Made by a program: the position numbers and the translations under genes. Shown one piece after another: positions 51,991-62,422 of a DNA stretch of 64,000 bases. Location: assembly GCA_963662405.2 (NCBI GenBank), contig CAXXKT010000001.1, forward strand, positions 1,344,001 to 1,408,000, given 5' to 3'. This DNA is from Syntrophales bacterium (GTDB taxonomy: Bacteria; Desulfobacterota; Syntrophia; Syntrophales; UBA2210). The notes beneath the pieces are model-generated. The model made no database searches and was not told the origin of the DNA. It saw only the letters and a program-made list of their open reading frames with translations. Position 1 is the first letter of the stretch, and every line of letters begins with the position of its first letter.

Positions 51991-54900
51991 TCAATCTTCG
52001 CAGTCGCAGGTCCAGATATCCGGCGTTGCCGGATTGCCGTCGTGATCGATCGCGGGATCTTCTGCAGGCCGTTGTGCCCGAGTGAAATTACAACCGAAAT
52101 CACCGGCGGACACCACATCGGGGTCGAGGATATTATCGCCTGCGGGAACGGTCCCGTTTTCCACCCAGGCGACCAGGTCGTCGAAGGCCTCGGCTGTTTC
52201 CTCGGCGTTCATGCCGCAGTGGGTGACGCTCCGTATGATCCGCGTGCGGAGAAGATCGCTTCTTCCCGCATCACGCACCCGTTGGGCATACAGCTTTTCA
52301 TGCGAGAAGGGGACGAAGAAATCGCCGATATCATGCATGGTCAGGACGGGGATGGTAATGTTCCCGTATACCGGATACATGATATCCTCGAAGTCGAAGA
52401 TATCACTGATTTGCACCCGCTGGATGGTGTTATTGAGGGCCACCTCCTCGGCGCTCTGGATGTCGAAGTCGTCATCGAGATGGTACTCATAATCCCCGTT
52501 GTCTATCGCGCTCCCGCGGCCGGCTCCCGCCCCCGGATCCATGGCAAACATGAGCCCCTGTGAGTTGATCTGGAAGTAGGCCATGTTCGAAAATGCGGCG
52601 TGGTAGATGGGCCTCTTTCCGCCCGAACGATACATGGATGCATCCTTGAAGGTCTCTCCGACGGCGTTCAATACCGCCGATTTGGCCGGAGTATACGCCG
52701 GGACTGGCGAAGCCGAGATCCATCCGAAACAACCATTGCCGGTTCGTACCAAGCCATCGAGGGGACCGAATACCGTTTCGAGAAATGTTCCGGCTTCAGG
52801 GAAACCGAAGGGAACGTCATAATTCAGTCCTGAGAAATAATTGGCCAGGAACGCCATTTCGGCGGAGAAACTGAACTGTTCCTGTCCGCCGCCCACGACA
52901 CCGCACAGCGGAAGCGCCCCGTCGTAGGCGTCGGGGTATTGGGTGACCGAACGGGCCGTGACATGACCGCCCATGGAGTGTCCCATGATATATGCCCGGT
53001 CGGCCGTGCCGAATCGGGTGTTGAACAGCCTGAGGAGTTCATGGGTGCCGATCACGCCGGTGGCGACGTTGTAGCCGTTTTCTCCGTAGGTCGATGATGC
53101 CCAGGCATACCCGTTTTCAACGAGGTGTGCCCTGATCGGGTCCGGGTTTGAAGCGCTCAGCTCGGGGACATCGCCCCGGTAGCCGTGGCAGTAGAGGACC
53201 AGATCGCCGCTCCAGTTATCGGGGATCTCGACCCGGTACCCGGCGATCTGATAGCCCGACCACGGATCCACGTAGTAGCCGTAGGTGCCGTAATAGGAAG
53301 TGGCGCCATCAAGGGCGTCGAATTGCAGGTGATCCCGCGCAACGAAGCGAAGCGTTTCCGCTGTCTGGGTCACCTGAGAGGCGGGGACGGCGCCCCACAC
53401 AGCGCTGAATGCGGGATCCCAGGTTGCGAGTTCCGCGGCAAGACCCGCGGTGACCTCATCGAAGGTCCATACGTCCGTTTCCATGGCGAGAAGCGCGTCA
53501 TTTGCATCGGCGTCGAAGGTGATGGTCTTGGCCTCGCCCTCTTCGTTCGACCAGGCTTCCCAGGCGAATCCGTCGTACGTGCCGGGATCGCCCGTTTGGA
53601 TGAAGTTCATCAGATAGGTTCCCATTGCGTTCTGCAGGGCCTTTCTTCCGGTTTCATTTGCGGGGATAAACGAGTAGCCGAAGAGAGAATCATCCGCCCC
53701 GAAGAAGAAGGGGATTTCCATGGCATGGGCCGCGCCGAAGATCTTGCGAAAATCTTCCATCGCGGGGATACCCCCGCCGGCCCACTGGAAGAGGTAGGCA
53801 TAGACATCTTCCTGGTTCTCGCGCAGCTCGGTCGTCAGCTCGGTGAGATACTTGGCCCTGAAACTGAGGGAACCGAACCACCCCGTTGCCTCATACAGTT
53901 GTTCCTCATTCTCGTTCGGGAATATGTCGGCATAGGTCCATTCGTTAGCCGGATCAAAGGTAGGATCGAAAATATCATAGACGTTGCTCCAACTCGCTTT
54001 ACCGAAAAGGGGCCCGTACAGGGGAACAAAATCGTTCCACTCGTTTTCGTTGAATCCGATGATGATCGGGACTTTATTGTAGATCCCCTGATGAAGGGCG
54101 TTGATCACGGTGTCGGGAAGGACATATCCGTCGGCGAAGGCGTTAAAGGTGGATACGGCGGCCGTTGCCCGGATCGTCACCAAAGGTGGTGATATTGTTT
54201 TTCACCCATTGCAGGGCCTGGATCTGGTCCAGGGTTCCGAAATTACCGGAATTGCTCATGTCGGTGATGTCGTCGTTTCTCAGATCGGTATGACGAAACC
54301 ATCCCATGGGACCGAGGCGGTATTGGATCTGGACCACAACGACATTTTGCTTCCCCGCCATGGTCATAGCGTATGCGTTGTAGGCTGCGGCGCCGCCGAA
54401 CTTGTTGGAGCCGCCGTGTATCCAGCAATACACGGGAAGGTCCGTGTCATCGGTATCAGGACGGAAGATATCGAGGGTCAGGCAATCCTCGCTGCCGATG
54501 ATCCGGCCGGACTGGTGCCAGGTTTGGTCCATCTCAAACTGGACGGAAGGGTATCCGCTGTCGATCGCCCACCGCGTTCCCGTCCATGGCTCGGGATCCT
54601 GAGGTGCTCTCCAGCGAAGATTTCCCACGGGCGGTTTTGCATAGGGGATGCCCCGCCATGCCGCGAAAGCGCCATCGGCATACCCACGAAGTTCGCCGCT
54701 TGTTACGGTTGCAAGCCGTACGGGTTTAAGTGAATTCTCAAGATGGGCCTGGGCGTCCGCAGCGTTCCGCAGGGCGCGGTCACCTGCGACGTCCGTATTC
54801 TCGAATGCATCGGCTGCATTGAGTGTGACAAGAATCTCTGCGACACCGGTATTATCCGAAAAGACATCGGGTGTCTGGTTGAAGTTGATGGCACCATTTG

Positions 54901-55360
54901 CATCGACGTAGGATGATATCGCATCGGTAATAGCGGCGGTGATCTGAATACCGTTGTTGAGATCACCATCGGCGTCGAGTGACTGGAGAAACCGGGCCAT
55001 GTTGATGACCGACTGGTCTGTCGCATCGGTGGCGCCGGGGACGAGATCGATAGGGGACAGGGTTTCACTGCCGGTTGCCGATCCCAGGGCAAGTGAACCA
55101 ATAAAGAAGCTCACCACCTCCCCGGTATAGTAGTGAAAGGTTCCCTCGGCATCGGTTGTCCCCGAAAGGGTCTCCCCCTGATAGGTGAGTCCCGAGACCG
55201 GGCTGTCTATAAAAACCCCGGACAATGGCGTTTTCCCGGAGCTGCTTCCGCTCCCGCAGCCGGTCAGGCCTGCGAGTCCCATGGCGAGGACAAAGAGGAT
55301 AAAAACGTACCCATTTTGTTTGAAAAACACTGATCGCATCTTTCCCATCGTGACTTTCAT
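51991..55360 (-). pseudogene. Split lipoprotein: N-terminal module + type-B carboxylesterase (catalytic segment deleted) + second alpha/beta hydrolase domain
   Basis: 5' ORF (55360-54143): LTGC lipobox, GIPYA.PPVG.LRW, SEDCL.L, WIHGG, GNFG.LDQ, ends at FGDDPGN. 3' ORF (54183-51991): G.NENE, AAHA.EI, then CHGY and GHSMGG. GxSxG of the first domain is absent. Confidence 0.75.
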
Positions 55361-55587
55361 ACCTCCTTTGCGTGATGTTGTGTTGTCAAAACCAACGCCG
55401 GCCACCCCCTCCGCGACGATCTACGTCTCCCCATGAGGATATGTCTCTGCATGGAGGGTAACAGGTGTAGACAGACCCCTCACTGCCTCTCGCGGCGCGA
55501 CGTTCTTACGCTGTACCGTTGTACGTTCCTATGGATACGAATGAAACTGAAGCTGTTATGTAAAGCTAATTGTTGTGGCGGAATCAG

Positions 55588-55602
55588 GCAAATACCTTGC
55601 CG
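55588..55602 (-). promoter_or_regulatory. Possible sigma54 -24/-12 promoter for the 55360 gene
   Basis: Minus strand CGGCAAGGTATTTGC (GG-N10-GC). Confidence 0.4.
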
Positions 55603-55807
55603 TATGGCGGGCACAGAGGCTGCCTGCGTTCCATGTTTCTTTCAGAATGAAATGAGGCTGAGAACAGCCAAGTGTTGATGCGCAGATTGATAATATACAT
55701 GACCGGTAATGTCAATGTTTTTTTAGAACAAATTCCCTGTGAGATTCAGTAAGATGATACTTTCCCCTTGCCGGGAAGAATGCCGGCGGCTATGATGCGC
55801 CGGTACG

Positions 55808-56938
55808 GTGAATGACGAAATGATCCAAACCACCTTTGACATAACGATCATCGGGGCGGGTGTTGTCGGGCTCGCCGTGGCGGAAGAACTCGCCGGCCGG
55901 TACGGCGCTGTGCTGCTCCTGGACAAGAACCCGAACTTCGGGATGGAGACCAGTAGCAGGCACAGCGGTGTCATCCACGCCGGGATCTACTATCCTCCCG
56001 GTTTCCTGAAGGCCGATTTATCCCGGGAGGGAAACCGTCTCCTCTACGAGATCTGTGAGCGGCGAGGTATTCCCCACCGGAAAACGGGAAAACTGATCGT
56101 GGCCGTGGATGATACGGAGAGCGCCGCCCTCCTGGAGATACACAATCAGGCGACCCGGAACGGCGTCGGCGATCTCTCCTTCATCTCGCGGAAACAACTT
56201 CACACATTGGAACCCGAAGTACGGGCACGTGAGGCCCTCTTCTCCCCTTCCACCGGGATCATTGATTCCCACGCCCTGATGAACTCCTTCTTGGTTACGG
56301 CCCGGTCCGCCGGTGCCGTCATCGTCTTTCGCTCGGAGGTCACCGGTATTGAACGTGCCGCAGACACCTATGACGTGCAGGTCAACGGCGGAGAATACCG
56401 GTTCGGGACACGGGTCCTGATCAACTGCGCCGGTCTGTACGCCGACCGGATCGCCGCGCTCGCGGGGATCGACATCGACGAGAGCGGCTACCGCATTCAA
56501 TACTGCAAGGGGGACTACTTTGCTGTATCTCCCGCTCCGAGACTTTCACACCTCGTCTATCCGGTACCCCAGGATCGGCAAGTGGGGCTCGGGGTGCACG
56601 CGACCCTTGACCTGGCCGGCCGGGTCAGATTCGGGCCGGACACGGAATATGTGACCAATTTGGCATATGCCGTTGACGAAACGAAGAGGAACGCCTTTTG
56701 GAAATCCATCAAGAGGTACCTGCCCGGTGTGCGAAGGGAACGGCTCCAGCCCGACACGAGCGGGATACGGCCGAAGCTCCAAGGACCGGAAGACCCCTAC
56801 CGGGACTTCGTTGTTACCGAGGAGAGCGGCAGGGGGTGTCCCGGCCTGATCAACCTGATCGGGATAGAATCCCCCGGTCTGACGGCATGTATACCGATGG
56901 CACGATATGTGGCACGACTTGTCGGTTTACATCTCTAA
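55808..56938 (+). CDS. FAD-dependent oxidoreductase, L-2-hydroxyglutarate oxidase (LhgO)-like
   Basis: IIGAGVVG, ETSSR.SGVIHAG.YY, INCAGL.AD, GIRPKL, GIESPGLT. Confidence 0.85.
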   Translation: MNDEMIQTTFDITIIGAGVVGLAVAEELAGRYGAVLLLDKNPNFGMETSSRHSGVIHAGIYYPPGFLKADLSREGNRLLYEICERRGIPHRKTGKLIVAVDDTESAALLEIHNQATRNGVGDLSFISRKQLHTLEPEVRAREALFSPSTGIIDSHALMNSFLVTARSAGAVIVFRSEVTGIERAADTYDVQVNGGEYRFGTRVLINCAGLYADRIAALAGIDIDESGYRIQYCKGDYFAVSPAPRLSHLVYPVPQDRQVGLGVHATLDLAGRVRFGPDTEYVTNLAYAVDETKRNAFWKSIKRYLPGVRRERLQPDTSGIRPKLQGPEDPYRDFVVTEESGRGCPGLINLIGIESPGLTACIPMARYVARLVGLHL

Positions 56939-57038
56939 GGTGTAAGATAAAACAGACCCAGGCCCACCTTGAAAAATGTTGGTAATTTCGATGGTAGTGT
57001 AAATAAAAGTTCGCAAATTGAGTTGTTGATGGAGGCCA

Positions 57039-57311
57039 CCGATGTATACGATGCTCCAGTGGTCGAAACAACGAATGATGGAAGTTAAATCGGAGATGAA
57101 AGTGTGAGCGATCAAGGGAAAGCATAGTGATGAACGGACGACGCATTTTTCAGGGGCCCGTGTTCAGCGGTTTGATACCCGTTTGGGGACCTTGTATCTG
57201 TTGGTTCCGAAGCTTCGCCAGGGTGGGTATGTTCCCTTCTTTGTCGCGGAGAAGAAACGCTCCAGGCAGGCCCTGACCCAAGTAGTACAAGAGGTATGTA
57301 TCAATGGAGTC
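57039..57311 (+). mobile_element. IS256-family transposase remnant
   Basis: Translation PMYTMLQW...KV*AIKGKHSDERTTHFSG.RVQRFDTRLGTLYLLVPKLRQGGYVPFF...KKRS.QAL..VVQE..INGV matches the IS256 N-terminal pattern; stop at 57105; truncated. Confidence 0.8.
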
Positions 57312-57540
57312 AAACCCAGGTTCACAGCCCTGCACGCCCGAGAAGTGGATCTATGAAACGTACACGATACAACACCCCTTGTCTCGCATATTAGAAAATA
57401 GAATTCTTGTCAAAAGATTTCAGGGCAATATATCTTCACAATCGGGCACATTTTGATCACAGACCAGACCGGAACTCTGTATCGAGGAATCTCTTCAAAT
57501 TCTTTTTCTTTGTGCTCCTGAAAAAGGAGTCACAGAAATC

Positions 57541-57578
57541 CAAGAGGGGCTCTCGCTGATCGGCGAGAGCCCCTCTTG
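57541..57578 (-). terminator. Stem-loop after the carboxylesterase gene
   Basis: caagaggggctctcgc / gcgagagcccctcttg perfect 16-bp stem. Confidence 0.65.
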
Positions 57579-57608
57579 CGAAATATTACTGGATGTGGGT
57601 CGGTTTTC

Positions 57609-59603
57609 TTACGGGAAAACCGTTCCGTATCCGGCCTTCAGCTCCAATGTGTTTCCAAGGTCGAGGTATGTATCATTTGCCGTGGTATAGGGGGTCCAGT
57701 CGAGGACTCCCGGTATGCTCGGATCACCGGTCTTGGCGAAGTTGGTCCAGATCGTCATCGCAGTGTCTGCAACGTCCCAATCGGCGGCAGACCACCCGCA
57801 GGATAGAAATATGTCCGTGGGATCTCCCTGCGACCCCGTTACACCGTTGCCGTTTATGTCTCCGATGACCAGCGAGTTCCCGGTGGCCGGGTCGATCACC
57901 AGACCGAGGAGGTAGTGTGTGATCACACTTGTCGGAGAGTTGAACACATAGGCCAACTCACATCCATGGTAGGTCAAGACCCCCCTGGCCGCCCAGCCGT
58001 CAGGAACTTCGGTAAAGAAACAGGCATAGTGATTCTGGACACTAAAATCAGTCATCCAGGGAAAGACATTCTTCCAGGTCGCAATCGGCTCTTCTGTATC
58101 ATTCGTATTGGCAACAATCATGAAGGGGACGTCGTTGTGCGCACCGGTCTCTATGAGTTCCCGCTCGGTAGTGGTGAGATACCATCCGTCGACGTTGGTA
58201 TAGGGAACCACGGTTGTTGCCGAGGCGTAGTACAGGGACTGCCAGTCTATGGCACGCAGCTCCTCAAGGGTGGTAACGCCCAGGCTGTTCGACAGGGCCG
58301 TACCATACGCTTCTGCGGCTGCAAGGCTGCGAGTGTCCGGCCTCAGAGTCCCGCTTTGACTGATGGCCTTGTGGAAGAGTCCCGCGGCCTGAGGCGAAGC
58401 AAAAAGCGAAAAGGTCTTCCTGCCGCCTCCGGACTCACCGAAGATGGTCACGTTATCCGGGTTGCCACCGAAAGCTGCGATGTTGTCTTGGACCCATTCG
58501 AGCGCCGCGATCAGGTCCATCTGACCGTAGTTGCCCGAACCGCCGTACCCCGATTCTGCGGAGAGGAGCGGATGGGCCATGTACCCAAAGATATTCAGCC
58601 GGTGATTGACGGTGACGACGACGACACCCTTGGTGGTGAGCGCGGCAGGGTTATTAAAGGGTTTCGTGTTGCTGGTCAGGGCCGTGAAGCCGCCCCCGTG
58701 GAACCAAACCATGGTCGGGAGGTTCGAGGCACCCTTCGGCGTTGTGACATTGAGATAGAGACAGTCTTCGCTCATCCCTCCCTCACCATATTTTTGCAGG
58801 CCCGGATGCTGTGCGGCCTGGTCTCCCCAGGCGATGGCTTCACGCACACCTGTCCAGTCCTCGAGGGATTGTGGTGGTTGCCAGCGCAGATTGCCGACGG
58901 GCGGCTGGGCATAGGGGATCCCTAGGTATTGCCAGGTGGTCTCGTTCGCGGCATACCCCCTGACAGACCCGTACATTGTCTCCACCGTGTTGCGTTCGCT
59001 CAGGGAACGGGCGAGATGGTCCTGTGCATCACCGGCACTTTGCAGTGTCCGGTCCCGTGGATCAAGGTCTGTAAAGACCCCGGCCGCGTTCAGGTCGTCG
59101 AGGAGACCCGTGACGTTCGGATCCGCGGCAAAATCGGCCGTGGTCTGATTGAAATCGATTTGATAACGGCTGACGATGTCGGCGATGGCAGTAGTGATCC
59201 GGATCCCGTTGTTCAGATCCCCGTCCTGATCGAGGGTCTGCAAGAGGACACAGATGTTGGTGACCGTCGAATCTGTTCCATCCACAGCCCCCGCCACGAG
59301 GTCGATGGGGGAAAGCCGATCGTTCCCGGTGGCGGTACCCAGGGCACAGGTGCCGATGGAGAAGCTCACCGTCTCGCCGATGAAATACTTGAAGGTCCCG
59401 TCGGTATCGGTTGTACCGGAGAGGGTGTCACCCTGATAGGTGAGACCCGATACCGCACTGTCCGTAAAGGTCCCCGACAGCGGCGTCTTCCCCGCACTGC
59501 TCCCGCTCCCACAACCGGTGAAGGATGCAAGTGTCAGCACCAGAACGAACAGGATGCCGGCGTACCTGATCCCCGTAAAAAATGTCTTGCGCATCTTTTT
59601 CAT
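57609..59603 (-). CDS. Lipoprotein type-B carboxylesterase A with N-terminal module
   Basis: FTGC lipobox, GIPYAQPP, SEDCLYLNV, WFHGGG, GESGG nucleophile, YHGCEL. Confidence 0.9.
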   Translation of the reverse strand: MKKMRKTFFTGIRYAGILFVLVLTLASFTGCGSGSSAGKTPLSGTFTDSAVSGLTYQGDTLSGTTDTDGTFKYFIGETVSFSIGTCALGTATGNDRLSPIDLVAGAVDGTDSTVTNICVLLQTLDQDGDLNNGIRITTAIADIVSRYQIDFNQTTADFAADPNVTGLLDDLNAAGVFTDLDPRDRTLQSAGDAQDHLARSLSERNTVETMYGSVRGYAANETTWQYLGIPYAQPPVGNLRWQPPQSLEDWTGVREAIAWGDQAAQHPGLQKYGEGGMSEDCLYLNVTTPKGASNLPTMVWFHGGGFTALTSNTKPFNNPAALTTKGVVVVTVNHRLNIFGYMAHPLLSAESGYGGSGNYGQMDLIAALEWVQDNIAAFGGNPDNVTIFGESGGGRKTFSLFASPQAAGLFHKAISQSGTLRPDTRSLAAAEAYGTALSNSLGVTTLEELRAIDWQSLYYASATTVVPYTNVDGWYLTTTERELIETGAHNDVPFMIVANTNDTEEPIATWKNVFPWMTDFSVQNHYACFFTEVPDGWAARGVLTYHGCELAYVFNSPTSVITHYLLGLVIDPATGNSLVIGDINGNGVTGSQGDPTDIFLSCGWSAADWDVADTAMTIWTNFAKTGDPSIPGVLDWTPYTTANDTYLDLGNTLELKAGYGTVFP
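58982..59594. repeat. ~600-bp direct repeat, copy 1 (5' part of esterase A)
   Basis: Near-identical to 61137-61749 (offset 2155). Confidence 0.92.
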
Positions 59604-59686
59604 TATACCTTCTCCTTTTTGGATAGATTACAGAATTTCTTTATCGGGATGTATCGCTCCTTTCGTGACAGTGGGAGCGGTCAGAA

Positions 59687-59720
59687 GAGTGGGCCTGAGC
59701 CGGTCGGCACGGGCCCACTC
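59687..59720 (-). terminator. Stem-loop between esterases B and A
   Basis: gagtgggcc ... ggcccactc inverted repeat. Confidence 0.5.
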
Positions 59721-59757
59721 GTTTCCTGCGGCAGATGGTGTCCTCGCTGGTGGACCG

Positions 59758-61758
59758 CTACCAGGCGGATATGCCGGTGTTGACTGTCGGTGTCACATCG
59801 ATCTCGACGTAGGTGTCGTTGGCCGTTGTGTAGACCGGCCAATCGAACCCGGTGATGCTGGGATTCCCCGTCTTGGCGAAGTTCGTCCACATGGTCATGA
59901 TGGTGTCCACCACGATCTCATCATCGGCATTCCACCCCATGGAGAGATAGATATCCACCGTATCTCCGGCAACCCCGTTGCCATTGAGATCGCCGATCTC
60001 AGGTATGGTGCCGGCCGGAGTCAGGACCAGACCAAGCGCAAAGTTGCTGACCAGACCCATCTTATAATTGAACAGATAGGGGAGTTCACCGCCGTGCCCG
60101 CTCAACAGGCCCATCGCTTCCCAGCCGGGAGGAACGCGCCTGAAGTCATAGACAAACATGTTGGATTGGTAAAACGGCTCCAGCTGGGCGACAAAAATCG
60201 GCAGTGCCGCCCGTAAATGGGGATAGTCGCCCGAGGTGACGCCGACCATAAAGGGTACGTCACCGGGGACGCCGTCGAGCATGTTCTGATAGTACGGTTT
60301 CGGCAGATAATAGTAGTCACAATTCGGCCGGTAGGTTTCCCGGGGGATCCCGGCGGCCAGTTCGGCCTGAATAATAGCCGTCCACGGTAAGGAACGAGCC
60401 TCTTCCAGTGTGGTCGCTCCCATCCCCTCAAACATGGCGGTTCCAAGGGCCTCCGCGGCCGCAAGGGACGCGGCGCTGGTGCTGGCCGGCGAGGTCGGGC
60501 TGGCGCCGCTCTGGCAGACGGCCTTGTGGAAGAGTCCCTCGGCCTGGGGGGACATCATCAGGCAGTACGTCTTGCCTCCGCCCCCTGACTGGCCGAATAT
60601 GGTGACGCTGTCCGGGTTGCCGCCGAAAGCTGCGATGTTGTCTTGGACCCACTCAAGCGCGGCCACCAGGTCCATCTGGCCGTAGTTGCCGGAACCGTTA
60701 TAACCCGATTCCGCGGTCAGAAGCGGATGGGCTATGTACCCGAACGGTCCCAGGCGGTGGTTGACGGTAACCACCACAACACCTTTGGTCGTCAGACCGG
60801 TGGGGTTGTTATACTGTACGGAGTTGTTCGACAGGATCGTGAATGCGCCCCCGTGGAACCAGACCATGACCGGGAGGTTCGAGGCACCCTTCGGCGCCGT
60901 GACATGCAGGTAGAGGCAGTCCTCGCTCATCCCCCCTTTGTTGATCGATTGATACGCCGGATTCTGGGGTGCCTGGTCTCCCCAGGCGATGGCGTCCCGC
61001 ACGCCTTCCCAAGCCTCGGGTGGTTGCGGTGGTCTCCAGCGAAGATCACCGATGGGCGGCTGGGCATAGGGAATACCAAGGTACTGCCAGGTATTCGCGT
61101 TCGCGGCATACCCCTTCACGGAACCAGAGGTGGTCACCACCGTGTTGCGTTCGCTCAGGGAACGGGCGAGATGGTCCTGTGCATCACCGGCACTTTGCAG
61201 TGTCCGGTCCCGTGGATCAAGGTCTGTAAAGACCCCGGCCGCGTTCAGGTCGTCGAGGAGACCCGTGACGTTCGGATCCGCGGCAAAATCGGCCGTGGTC
61301 TGATTGAAATCGATTTGATAACGGCTGACGATGTCGGCGATGGCAGTAGTGATCCGGATCCCGTTGTTCAGATCCCCGTCCTGATCGAGGGTCTGCAAGA
61401 GGACACAGATGTTGGTGACCGTCGGATCCGTTCCGTCCACAGCCCCCGCCACGAGGTCGATGGGGGAAAGCCGATCGTTCCCGGTGGCGGCACCCAGGGC
61501 ACAGGTGCCGATAGAGAAGCTCACCGTATCGCCGATGAAATACTTAAAGGTCCCGTCGGTATCGGTTGTACCGGAGAGGGTGTCACCCTGATAGGTAAGA
61601 CCCGATACCGCACTGTCCGTAAAGGTCCCCGACAGCGGCGTCTTCCCCGCACTGCTCCCCCCTCCACAACCGGTGAAGGATGCAAGTGTCAGCACCAGAA
61701 CGAACAGGATGCCGGCGTACCTGACCCCCGTGAATAATGTTTTGCGCATTTCTCTCAT
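59758..61758 (-). CDS. Lipoprotein type-B carboxylesterase B with N-terminal module
   Basis: AGGAGG RBS, FTGC lipobox, GIPYAQPP, SEDCLYL, WFHGG, GQSGG nucleophile, GHGGEL. Confidence 0.9.
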   Translation of the reverse strand: MREMRKTLFTGVRYAGILFVLVLTLASFTGCGGGSSAGKTPLSGTFTDSAVSGLTYQGDTLSGTTDTDGTFKYFIGDTVSFSIGTCALGAATGNDRLSPIDLVAGAVDGTDPTVTNICVLLQTLDQDGDLNNGIRITTAIADIVSRYQIDFNQTTADFAADPNVTGLLDDLNAAGVFTDLDPRDRTLQSAGDAQDHLARSLSERNTVVTTSGSVKGYAANANTWQYLGIPYAQPPIGDLRWRPPQPPEAWEGVRDAIAWGDQAPQNPAYQSINKGGMSEDCLYLHVTAPKGASNLPVMVWFHGGAFTILSNNSVQYNNPTGLTTKGVVVVTVNHRLGPFGYIAHPLLTAESGYNGSGNYGQMDLVAALEWVQDNIAAFGGNPDSVTIFGQSGGGGKTYCLMMSPQAEGLFHKAVCQSGASPTSPASTSAASLAAAEALGTAMFEGMGATTLEEARSLPWTAIIQAELAAGIPRETYRPNCDYYYLPKPYYQNMLDGVPGDVPFMVGVTSGDYPHLRAALPIFVAQLEPFYQSNMFVYDFRRVPPGWEAMGLLSGHGGELPYLFNYKMGLVSNFALGLVLTPAGTIPEIGDLNGNGVAGDTVDIYLSMGWNADDEIVVDTIMTMWTNFAKTGNPSITGFDWPVYTTANDTYVEIDVTPTVNTGISAW
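61137..61749. repeat. ~600-bp direct repeat, copy 2 (5' part of esterase B)
   Basis: Near-identical to 58982-59594. Confidence 0.92.
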
Positions 61759-61893
61759 AGCCCTTGTTTCCTCCTTCACATGTAGCAGTATTTTTTAGAT
61801 GATGAAAACGGTGAGAATCACTTTCATATTTGTTGTCGGTTCCTCTGAATCGTTGAAGCAGCATGACGTAAAAATGCAAAAAACCATTTCATG

Positions 61894-62214
61894 TTAATTG
61901 GTTGTGATGAAATGCATCAGCGTCTCTTCGTCGGCAAGCCCCAACAGCCGATTTCGTTCCTCTCCTTTGACCAGGATCAGGAATGTTGGAGTTCCGAAAA
62001 CACCATACCGCTCTTGAAATGGTCTTATGAACCCTTCTTCCAGTAGGCACACCTTCAATTTCTGCCCACACCTTTTTGCTATTCTCTCAACAATCCGTAA
62101 AACTTCGAAAAACTGTTCATTGCGGGGCACGCACACGAGAAGGACCGGTTTTTCTTCGGTTGTGATTTCCCGTTCAAAATTTTCGGGTCCCACGAAGCGA
62201 ACCGGACTCTCCAT
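61894..62214 (-). CDS. Thioredoxin-fold protein lacking CXXC
   Basis: ENFE.EI..EKPVLL, KVC, RYGV.GTPTFL...GEE..RL.G pattern; no WCxxC. Confidence 0.75.
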   Translation of the reverse strand: MESPVRFVGPENFEREITTEEKPVLLVCVPRNEQFFEVLRIVERIAKRCGQKLKVCLLEEGFIRPFQERYGVFGTPTFLILVKGEERNRLLGLADEETLMHFITTN

Positions 62215-62248
62215 TATGTAACCCCGCGTGAAGGATTTCAGAGAATGC

Positions 62249-62312
62249 AAAGCACTAAGGCACTAAGGCACCAAGGCACCAAGGCACCAAGGCACCAAGG
62301 CACCAAGGCACA
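62249..62312. repeat. 8-bp tandem repeat (AAGGCACY)x8
   Basis: aaagcact, aaggcact, (aaggcacc)x5, aaggcaca. Confidence 0.95.
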
Positions 62313-62341
62313 GATCTGCCTTCCCCTGCAATCCTTAGGAA

Positions 62342-62356
62342 ACAATAAACATGCCA
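62342..62356 (-). promoter_or_regulatory. Putative sigma54 -24/-12 promoter
   Basis: Minus strand TGGCATGTTTATTGT (GG-N10-GT), just downstream of a sigma54 activator gene. Confidence 0.65.
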
Positions 62357-62422
62357 GGGGCGCAAAAAATGATAACCGTTGGTAATCTAATCAATTAGTG
62401 CTTGGGGGGTGGCATCAAGAAA

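Noticed and set aside
58982..61749. Possible diversity-generating retroelement TR/VR pair
   Set aside because: Both copies are coding 5' ends, ~600 bp long, mismatches are not adenine-specific, and no reverse transcriptase is in the window
62249..62312. Possible CRISPR array
   Set aside because: 8-bp contiguous units with no spacers and no cas genes; a simple VNTR
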